A stretch of 64,000 bases of DNA from Squalus acanthias (taxonomy: Eukaryota): NCBI GenBank assembly GCA_030390025.1, contig CM059441.1, positions 41,788,001-41,852,000 of the forward strand, in the 5' to 3' direction. Shown in pieces: positions 54,121 through 64,000 of the stretch. Positions within the stretch are counted from its first letter, which is position 1. Each line of letters starts with the position of its first letter. A program made the position numbers and the translations under genes. The notes under the pieces were generated by a model. It did no database searches, was not told the DNA's origin, and was given only the letters and a program-made list of their open reading frames with translations.

Positions 54121-54534
54121 TTTCCCCCTTTGTTTTTCTGCTCTTCGTTAGAGCCATTCTTGCTATACACCATTTTGTGAGCAGGCACACAGCCTGCTGG
54201 AAGCCTCTGCTAGTGCTACCCTAACCAGCTACCGGGAGACTTGAGAGTACCAGTAGACCTGTTACTTTCAATTATATATTTTTTAAAAATTGAATGTTGT
54301 GCTAAATATCTAAAACAATAGAGTACAAGTCTTCAGAGGTTAAGTTTTATAATACATTGGTCAGGACACACTTTGGGTGCTGTGTATAGTTTAGTCATGC
54401 TACTTTGAGAGGTATGTATGATTAGAGAGGATAAAGAGATGTGTAAAGAGGATGAGTTATGACTATACTAGGTAAGGTGGTAATCAGAGATGCAGTTGGA
54501 TGCTAGGCTGCGTGATGGCTTGCACTATAAGTAC

Positions 54535-55150
54535 TACTTGCATTTACGTAGCAGTAGTAAAATGTCTTGAGGTAAGTCACAGAAGTGAAAACTGAAAGGG
54601 TGCAGGTGGGGGAGCTTAGGGTGAGCTGGAGTTTATGTAAGGTGGACCTCAGAAGGCGGCCGAAGAGGATGTTTCAGAAGTAGAACCTGGAGGTATCCGA
54701 AGTGGGGATGAGAATTTCAGCAGCCCATGGGGCTGAGGTAAGCATGGAGGCAGACTATGTTGTGGAAGTGGAACTGGTGAACGTGGAGTGGCAGAGAGAT
54801 TGAATTGGGTGTCGTCATACAATGAGGGGAAAGAGGGGACCAAGGATGGAACCTTGGGATATTCATAAAATGGCAATGTATGGGTAGAAGGAGATGCACT
54901 GGCTTTTTTGGAACAAGTAGGAGTAGAACCAAGAGAGCATGCTTCCATGGAAGTGACTTGTGGAGGGAGGAAAAAGTCTAGGAAGATGAGAACGTACCAT
55001 GATCACAATCGCAGTATTGGTGACTTGAAGCAGGCAATATTGGTACTGAGGGCAGGCTGAAAAGCGGACTAATGGTATTCTGACAGGAAGTGGTAGGAAA
55101 ATGTGGTGACAATGTGTTCAAGGACCTTGGAGAGGAAAGGAAGGCTAGAG
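54535..55150 (-). mobile_element. Highly degenerate L2 fragment
   Basis: Reverse tail cttgcatttacgtagc. tgttcaaggaccttggagaggaaaggaagg is shared with the 5960-6000 region. Confidence 0.55.
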
Positions 55151-58100
55151 ATGAATTTCCTAGAAGGTTAGATTCCTAACTTTTGTTTCAATATCTTGGT
55201 TGAGATGGTGACCTTGGTGGCCATCTGATTACTTTCAATTGGTAAACAGATCATGGACCCTTGTTTAGCTTCCACTTTAGTGGCATTCATTTTACCAACT
55301 TTGGAAGGTAGAGTGGGAGTCAAACTTCTCGCCATTTGACTACAAACTGAGCACTTTACTTACAGACCTCCAACATAATTCCTTCAGGTGACTGATAGCT
55401 GAATTTGCACATCACCCTCATTTATGGGCAGTATAGCAATATTTTCAGAGACATAAACCTAAAATGGGAATCAAATATCAGAACCTGAACATATACCCTC
55501 AGAATTGGTACCAGAAGCAAAAACCCACCAGACTCCATTGTAGGTAGCTATTGGATATTGATTCTGGCACATGACTGTCTAAACTGGCAGTGATGTTGCA
55601 ACAAAATACTCTGTTCTGGCCACTACATCCCGCTGTGTCCTCTCACTGTTTAGTACCACACCTTGACATTAGTGTTAAGTTGGCAGAGCTGAGCTTGCAC
55701 TGTGGCAGTGTTTCAGCATATAAGCTGTAGGGTGAGCGGCTGTTCTCTAATTCAGAGGCTACAGTGTGCCGTTCATTTACAGAACCATAGTGCACCATTT
55801 TTCTTACCTTGCTGCTGAGGATTTGATTTATAGTTCTTCCATACTTGAGCTTTCTCAAACACTGAATTCTGCTGTACAGTAAGCAGCCAGTTCAGAGCCT
55901 TTTAGTAATGCTGAGTCCATTGGATTTAAATTGATATTTTTCAATAAGCAGTTAATGACTGGTGACGTGGTCAGATTGATAATCCGAATCAAAACCTGAA
56001 CTGATATTTTAACATTCGAACAAATTTATAGTGAAGACTGCAAAAATGAATTAGCATTTTTCTTTTCCTTAGAACTTATAGCAATATAATAGATAAAATG
56101 ATGGATTTGAAGTGGGATTGCAGGGATGAGAGTGAGCAAACTGTCCTCTGTATTGATACATTTTATCTTAAATGAGGAGGTCAGTAACTTGCATCCTGCC
56201 TAACTGCTGCTTCAAATAGCCTTTTATTACAGGGCAAAACCAGTTATCTCAGCTGACTGACAGATGCTGTTAATATGCTCAGACTAGGATATAATTTCCT
56301 TTAAAACAGGATGTAAGCTTCCCCTATAACTCCACTGCTTAAGGTAGTCGACATGTAAGCCATGTAAATGAGGACTATCCGAGATTCGATCCATGCTCTG
56401 TGCTGAATTAGCTGATCTCAGCTGGAGCAATATTGGGGAGTGAGAAATTGGCCAGGATTTCCCACCCTGATCGCTATCCAGTGATCCCTGCTCAAAACCA
56501 ACATATGTGAACACCAGGTGAGAACAGGATCAAGCTCAGCATCGATTTAAATTAACATAATCTCATTTCTTTTTCTCTCAGTAAAATAAAAAAAAACTTT
56601 TAAAAAGATATAATGTACTAAAATGTGCTCAATTGCACTATTTTGGCTGAAGAGTGAGAACAGCCATGTTGATTTTTGATGGGTTTTGTAATGTCATATG
56701 ACATTAATTGAATCCCAAGAATTTGGAGAAAGACAAAAAAAAGTTGCAATACCTTTTTCCACAAAGACACTGCCTTTACTATATCTAAGCATGTATATTC
56801 CTGTAGTATTTGGAAAGTATTTCTCAAAATTCTCACTCATATCTTTCATAATTATAGCAATTTAAATTGAGGTGCTATAATTAGCTTTGGAACAAGACTA
56901 AATAAATTGAAAATAGCCCCAATATAGGGTTGCTAGTAGCTTATCATGTTTTGTAAACCGGATCCTATAAACCTTGCCTAAAGAGATAGCTGTACCTTGC
57001 CTTTATGGCAGGCATCAAGTATATGACCAGTGCTTGTAAATTGTGGAACAACAGTCTTTTAACATGACCTTTGAAAGACCCATTTGACACCAAAACTAAT
57101 TGGCTATCAGGGTGTCTCATAAGAGTATCTTTTTTAAAGAACACACCACAGCTGTTAACCACAGTTGTTTGAAATTAATCTATTACTATTTAGCTCTGTA
57201 AAAACCTTTTGCTTAAATGCCACATGCTAATAACCTAATAATGTGGGAGCTGGATGGGAAGAGTTATGGAGCATGATGTAAGGATCCAAATCACCAAAGT
57301 CATTGACCTGGGGTGCTGTAGCAGTTGGGTGCCCACATTCCTTCCTATTCACTGAGTTAAATAGTTTTTCTATGTATGTTTCTCTGATCTAATCTGAAAT
57401 GTGTAAAGTAGTATTTAAGTCAGAAGGTCAGGAAAAACATATACTGTGTAACTGATATCTAAAATTGTCCCTGATGGCAGCATACTTATCCATAAAGTCT
57501 TGCATATAGCGTGCACTTCCTGTAAGTGTCAGAATTACCTCCTGTAACACTTTTAATATCACATTTTGTCGATAATGCCCCTATTGTTAGAAAACCGTAT
57601 ATCCTACGATTCACTGTGCACAACAGCATGGGAGAACTGCTAGTATATTAAAAATTAATTATGTAGGCTACTCCAACATTTAATGAAACATTCTTAGGTG
57701 ATTGGAAGATTGCTAATTAGCTTTTGTGGTCTTGAATTAAATCTTAGTAGCATGTTTAAATGGATCATGCAACTTCTGCAGTCGCTTCCAGTGACCACGT
57801 GCATTTTGCTTTCTCAGATCAAAGGTTGGTTAGAATGTTCCCTCCCTTTTCCCCCTTGCTGCTTGGCATGAGCCTGCTTAGAAGAGATTGCTGTGTCTGT
57901 GTGTTTGTATTCCTGCAGAATGGCTCGTCGCACAGAATATCCAAATGTATGTTTCTGCTTCAGAGCTGCGAGATATTGGATATACTCACTTTCTCTTTCT
58001 CTCATTAAACTGTAATGCCTTGTCCTGTGCAGGTATTAGCTTTGGAGGGAGGCGTTGTGTAAATCTAACATCACAAATCTTTGTTTTACCATTGTGCTTC

Positions 58101-58217
58101 TCTTGCCAGCTGTGTGCGGTCTTCAGCTAGATGCTTTGTGTTCTTTTCGGGTGTCTGCAAACTTTTGGGGTAGTGTCCCACGCAGTGGCAATCTTGACAA
58201 TCTGTCTTTGTTTGCAG

Positions 58218-58360
58218 CAGGCGTGGCCTGGAGGAACCCAGCAAATCCTGCTGCCGTCAACTTGGCAGCAGCTGCCTGGAGTGGCTGTCCACAACTCAGT
58301 CCCACATGCTACTGTGATACCAGAAGCTATGACTAGTACCCAGCAAATAACAGACTGGAG
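58218..58360 (+). CDS. HIPK1: HIPK1 coding exon (exon 11 equivalent), NAGNAG acceptor and GC donor
   Basis: tttgCAG|CAG acceptor, 143 nt. [47 protein letters not shown](R). The donor AG|GCAAGT is needed to keep phase with the next exon. Confidence 0.93.
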
Positions 58361-58797
58361 GCAAGTATGCTTTTAATAAAATGAACTGCTTCTGTTTTAA
58401 CTCTTAACTTTGACCAAACTCTGCATTTTCATCCCTTTAAAAGGAAGGGAAGTACTGGGATGGGCCAATACTTAAAGAAGAGTTTACCAATAGTACTATT
58501 ATCACTATAATATGACTGAAATTGTGCTGCTTATTTCCACAATTTCTGCCTGCAGAATACAACAAAATTCTCCACTTTTCTTAAATAAAATTATCTTCCT
58601 CTTATGGTAACTTACAATAAATTGAATGTTTTCATAGTTTTCGCCATTACATCCCTTATAAATCATGCCGAAGAAATAGTACATTTGGCCAATAAAAACA
58701 AGTTGTACATTTGTTGAGCTTTGGTGCAGTTGGATGGTTTGGGTATGAAGTAAGGCTGAGTTCTAATGCCTCAATTACTTGCATTTGTAATTTAGAG

Positions 58798-59695
58798 CAT
58801 AGAATCATAGAATGGTTACAGCATAAGGAGGTCATTCGGCCCGTCAAGCCCGTGCCGGCTCTCTGCAAGAGCACTTCGGCTAGTCCCACTTCCCCGCCCG
58901 TTCCCTGTAGCCATGCAATTTTTTTCCTTCAGGTACTTATCCAATTCCCTGTTGAAAGCCACGATTGAGTCTGCCTCCACCACCCTTTCAGGCAGTGCAT
59001 TCCAGATCATAACCACTCGCTGTGTAAAAAAGTTTTTCCTCATGTTGCCTTTGGTTCTTTTGCCAATCACCTTAAATCTGTGTCCTCTGGTTCTCGACCC
59101 TTCCGCCAATGGGAACAGTTTCTCTCTATTTATTCTGTCTAGACCCCTCATGATTTTGAACACCTCTATCAAATCTCCTCTCAACCTTCTCTGCTCTAAG
59201 GAGAATAACCCCAGCTTCTCTAGTCTATCCACGTAACTGAAGTCCCTCATCCCTGGAACCATTCTCGTAAATCTTTTCTGAACCCTCTCTAAAGCCTTGA
59301 CATCCTTCCTAAAGTGTGGTGCCCAGAATTGGACACAATACTCCAGTTGAGGCCGAACCAGTGTTTTATAAAGGTGGTTCATAACTTCCTTGCTTTTGTA
59401 CTCTATGCCTCTATTTATAAAGCCCAGGATCCCATATGCTTTTTTAACCGCTTTCTCAACCTGCCTTGCCATTTTCAACTATTTGTGCACATATACCCCA
59501 TGGTCTCTCTGTTCATGCACCCCCTTTAGTTTATATTGCGCCTCCTCGTTCTTCCTACCAAAATGTATCACTTCGCACTTTTCTGCGTTTAAATTTTAGC
59601 TGTCACATGTCCGCCCATTCCACCAGCCTGTCTGTCTGTCTTGAAGTCTATCACTATACTTCCAATTTTTGTGTCATCTGCAAATTTTGAAATTT
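58798..59695 (-). mobile_element. Young CR1 LINE 3' fragment
   Basis: 220-aa open RT C-terminal ORF (LYKTLVRPQLEYCVQFWAPH...LEQRRLRGDLIEVFKI) and an (ATTCTATG)2 CR1 tail. Confidence 0.93.
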
Positions 59696-60206
59696 CATTC
59701 TGGTGCACTCTGGTTTGTAGTTCATAAAAACGGAGACAACCCTGGAGTGGATTTTCCTAGACTTAGACTGCAGAGTATGCTGTAGAGTTAATCAGCGTCC
59801 TTTTGGATCCCTGCTACTAAGAAATAATATAAAACAGCAATTGTGTAAACCCTATTACTGTACATCTTTATAATAGTTTTAGGTTGAGTATTGGGTTGGG
59901 GGAAGTTAATATAATTTCCAGTTCAGTCTGTAGTATAGCATAAAAACTTAAAGTTGAGCAAAATCATGTATCTTACTGAGTTTTGCAATAGTACTTTGTA
60001 GCTTAATTGGGTCCCTTTTAAGCGTCATGGCAGTCTTAAAAAAAAAAAAAATACCACAACAAAGCATGTCAGGATTTTATTAGTAATTTTCACCTGTGTC
60101 TCTCTCAGACCAAGCTTTGGGTAACGAGTTCAGTTATCCTTGTTTCTTTAATGTTGGATGTCTGCTTGCTGTTTTCACTTAAATTAATTTTCCTCTTTGT
60201 TCACAG

Positions 60207-60380
60207 AAATGCACATTCCCATGGAGGCCAGTATAATGCCATTGTGCAGCAGCCATCTTTGTTGGCTGGTCATGTGACCTTAGCTGCACAGCCCCTGAAT
60301 GTTGGTGTTGCCCATGTGGTCCGCCAGCAGCAAAACTCCAGGACTTCCTCCAAAAGGAACAAACCGCTTCACAACACAAG
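60207..60380 (+). CDS. HIPK1: HIPK1 coding exon (exon 12 equivalent)
   Basis: tttgttcacAG| ... |GTaaaa, 174 nt, phase 2-2. (R)[57 protein letters not shown](R), including a basic KRNK patch (NLS-like). Confidence 0.95.
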
Positions 60381-62229
60381 GTAAAATGTCTGCACGTAGC
60401 ACATTAAAAATGTAATCCAGTCGTGTATCAAATTGATTGTGCTTAAAGTGGCCGAGTTCAGATACACTACCTGTTCAGGTATAATACCTGGCGCTAAGAA
60501 AGTACACTGCCTTTTGTGGAATTGATCCCTAGAGACCAGAAAGGTTCCAGATTGGTTCCCTAGTTTGTGCTGAGCTAGCCTCAGCAAACCTGGGTTATGG
60601 AAGGGAGGTATCAGCTAGGTTTTCTGCATTAGATTGCAAGTGTGTTTCTACATAATGGATGAGTACCAGATAGAGCTTAACAATAATGTCTTACTACTTC
60701 ACTACCCTCCCCACATCCTCAGTTGAAAAACAAGTGACAATTAATGTCCAGATTCGCATGGAAAATTAAGTACGCGGACCTATGGATCCAGGCCCAGAAC
60801 ATGTCCGTACCTTTAGGAGCAATTTGCGTCTCTGTTCTGCTCTCAGCTGGGGGAAGTGGGGGTGGTTGGCAGGAGTGCCGTAGCATTTGGGCTCTGAGGG
60901 GGAAAACGGGCCAACATCAATATCAAGTGATCCTCTTGTTGGAAATGCCTGTTTGGATCTTGTGTGCAAACAGGTTCTAGGTCAGCTGTGATGCCCCAGA
61001 ACAATGAACTCACCAACACTTGCTTTCAAAACTTACACATGAATAAGGGCCATTGGAGGAAGGTGCAGAGGGCAACTGCACCTGAGGAAATGTGTCCCAA
61101 CAAGCATTAATTACCTTTGGGGTGGGTGGTGGGTAAAAAAACAGTTGCAACAAAAAAAAAAACAATTCAAACATGCAAAATTTACCAATACATTAAAGAA
61201 AAATCCAAAAACAAAATTCTCATTTCAATACAAATTACTAAATTCTGAAGTATCCTTATGTCTAATTGTATAACCGAATTTAAATCCTAAATCACAAGGA
61301 GGGCAGAATAATAGATCTCAATGCAGTTGTGGGCTACAGATTATTTTGAATGACAGAATTTATATTAAACTCTTGGAGAACAGTTTGCAGGGGAAATGTG
61401 GTAGAATTTGTAGGTCACTGTGAAGACATAGGTACTGGAAGTGGTTTCTTTTGCAAAGCCTAATTAATGTGTAAGTTTCTGGCAAAAAGTGCACATACAG
61501 TAAACACACACTGAGTAATTAAAAGATTACGATCAAGTATCCATTTTCTGTGCATGCGAGGAATGTTCCCGCTGCACGGTTTTATGATGTGTAGTGTTCT
61601 GTTTCAGGAATGCATTCAATCTTCTAATATGCTATGGGGAACTTTAAAATATTTTTCCTCTCGGAATATCGACTTTCTTAGGCAGAGGTGGTGGGTTGAT
61701 GGATTGGAAAGTTATTTTTATTGCATAGTATTAATTAGTGGATAGTGAAGTGGATAAAACTGTTTCTGTGGAATAAACAATTACTTTTTTTGCACTTTTT
61801 AAAAATTAGAAACAATGAAGGAATTGTTTCTAATTTAATACATTTTTAAAATGCCTTTTGTAGGAACAATTGGACTTGGTAACTTAAAATATTTCCTAAA
61901 CGTTATACCAAAAATAAATTCTGCTTTGAAAGAGTTGAGTAGAAATCAAAGATCTAGAAAGTGTGCAAAAGTAAGAATTTGGAAACTCAATGTAAATAAA
62001 TTTAGAAATTGAAGTCATAAATTTTTGTGCAACATCTCCAGACTGATTGCTTTGTTAAATATTCTGCCTTGCTAATAATGTTCTCTGCTTATACTAAAGT
62101 AAATGGTTAAAATATCGATAAAGGTGCCATCTGCAGGTAGATGTTGCACTGAAAACTTGCACATTATATAAATGAAGCCAATACATGACTTTAATTTCTA
62201 ATATGTAGGCTATTCATGCACAAAAAATC

Positions 62230-62665
62230 CCAGCTCCTCAGTGGTTGAGTTGGCAGCATGTAGCTGATCCATATAAACCAGGTCACTGGTTCCATTTCTG
62301 GTCTATGCTGTGTTGGCTGATTTCCACTGGGGAGGGGATGGGTGGGGGGGCAAGTAGGGACGGTCCAGTTGGCCTCACTGCCCCTGCATTAGGGAGGGAG
62401 AAATCAGCCAAGGTTCTTGCTCCTTACCACTATCCAGTGCCCTTTGTTGGTAAGTCCATGTGTGCATACATTGGGTGAAGACAGGTTCAGGCTTGGCTGT
62501 GGTGTCCCTGTGGTTGAACAGTCTGACTAGTCTCACATATGAAGAATGGCTGCTTAGACCCAGTTCTGGTGGACGCTCAGCACCTGTGGAACTGTACCCA
62601 GCAGGAATCAGCCTCTTCAAGAAAAGGGGAGAGCAGAAAAGGAATGAAATAAACAAAAAAAATAC
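62230..62665 (+). mobile_element. Best copy of an old tRNA-like SINE family (family B, unnamed), many degenerate copies in the window
   Basis: Shared blocks (...gacca.aaggt.cc.ggtt..at.cctggtctgtgctga.ttagctgatct...; tgatc.ctatccagtga.ccctg; ggtga.gacagg) recur at ~1720, 7990, 23420, 40575, 56320 and 60480 (+) and at ~15770, 32110, 40740, 41890 and 50695 (-). A-rich tail. Confidence 0.65.
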
Positions 62666-63202
62666 TCTTACAAAATAGTTTATTTTATAAGGAGTGGTAT
62701 TTGATACTCTATTTGAATTTGAAACTGCAGATAATGAGCCTCTGGAGTTAAATAACATCTAAACCGTGTGCATTGTGCATTCACCATTTTCTATATGAAG
62801 TGCAGCAGATGTATGGTGAGTTATTGTAGATGGTCCCTTTTCAGTTATGTTGTCAAAAGCAATTGGAAAATCCCTGAAACTTGCCTCGTACTCTAGACAT
62901 GATGAATTGCCAACACTAATTTTAAAGCCAGTTGCAACCAAATGACCACGTATAAAGGAATGTATGGACTTGCATTGTTAACTTTTGGTGCAGTGCACTA
63001 ACAGGGTATGTTTAGTGTCAATGTACAGTGAGCTCAGTGTAGCCTCTTACAAAATTATACTTTTGTGTAAAATTGAAACTAGTTTGTTAATGACTTTTCT
63101 TGAACGGGGCTTGGGCAACAAATTCAGCTGATAATTTTAAACTTTAAAACTTTTTTCCCTGGTTTCCACGATAAATTTGACTGTTACTTAATCCTCTACC
63201 AG

Positions 63203-63412
63203 AAATGTTCCTGTGTTGGATGTCACTCCCTCCCAAACGTACATGGTGGTTCAGAACAGTCCTGCAAGTGCACCCTCCCCATACTGCGGCACAACGCTTG
63301 ATCATCAGCGACAGACCATTGTGATTCCTGACACACCCAGTCCTGCTGTCAGCGTTATCACCATCCGCAGTGACACAGATGAAGAGGAAGAAACTAAACA
63401 GAAACTTGGGAG
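63203..63412 (+). CDS. HIPK1: HIPK1 coding exon (exon 13 equivalent), PEST/speckle-retention region with SUMO-interacting motif
   Basis: ctctaccAG| ... |GTaggt, 210 nt. (R)[69 protein letters not shown]. [23 protein letters not shown] is the conserved HIPK SIM. Confidence 0.94.
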
Positions 63413-63927
63413 GTAGGTGGATCTCTGTACAGTCATGAACAATTGCAGGAGATGGATAGAAGTCATCCTATTGTAGCAAGTTAGAACACTGCCCACACTA
63501 CTTCCAAGTGCAACCCAAGTAGAGAAAGCTCGCTTGATTTTGGAGGGAAGGGGGTAAGCACATTTGAGTGTGTTCTGTGGTTCGTCAGAACATGGTTCAT
63601 TCACCTTGGAACCTGCCTTTAGGTTGACTTGTTAGTATTTTACCTGTGGATCCTGGCTGCAATCAAGTCCAATACAAAGATTCTTTGTTGTTTTTCTGTA
63701 AATGTCACTGCAAATGTAAATACTTCACATTGGTAATAAAATAAGTTTTAGAATATTAGAGTCGACAAATTCAAATCTCCCAAGATTCGACCGTAATGTG
63801 AGTGACAGATAGTGGTACTTTTAACTACTTTTGTCCAGTTTCTTTGCTTTTCCCCTAGCTTGAAGTGGTGACTCCTGCTGGAGTGTGATCTACAAGTGGC
63901 ACCCACCCTGTGATACTTCAACCAGCT

Positions 63928-64000
63928 AGCATAGAAGATAGGAGCAGGAGTAGGCCATTCGGCCCCTCGAGCCTGCTCCGCCATTTAATGAGATCATGGC
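63928..64000 (-). mobile_element. CR1 3' end running off the window
   Basis: catagaagataggagcaggagtaggccattcggcccctcgagcctgctc is nearly identical to 39375-39445. Confidence 0.88.

Noticed and set aside
58816-59478. 220-aa ORF as an independent antisense gene
   Set aside because: It is the C-terminal end of CR1 ORF2 in a 5'-truncated copy with a CR1 tail.

Overview
This is AT-rich vertebrate genomic DNA. The repeat content (DeuSINE/SacSINE1-like SINEs, CR1, L2, Penelope-like elements) points to a cartilaginous fish, probably a shark; that is an inference. The window lies inside one + strand gene, HIPK1 (homeodomain-interacting protein kinase 1). Eleven internal coding exons (27911-63412, 1680 nt) splice into one open frame. 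It runs from the kinase APE motif through the C-lobe and the Q/A/P-rich region to the SUMO-interacting/PEST segment. The first 27.9 kb is inferred to be the long intron after the large first coding exon, which lies upstream of the window, and the 3' exons lie beyond the window. Almost all other ORF-track entries are retroelement debris or chance ORFs. Highlights: (1) a young antisense Neptune-type Penelope-like retroelement with a 13-bp TSD, an intact RT-C-terminal/GIY-YIG ORF, a perfect in-frame 111-bp triplication at its 5' truncation point and an intact minimal hammerhead ribozyme; (2) a palindromic element made of two such ribozyme-bearing tails; (3) a GC-AG intron, a NAGNAG acceptor and a symmetric cassette-like exon flanked by QKI/RBFOX motifs; (4) nested MITEs with clean TSDs; (5) an LF-SINE-like element and an abundant SINE family I cannot name. 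There are no prokaryotic-type features. Homology statements come from recalled sequences, not database searches. Repeat boundaries are approximate unless TSDs are given.
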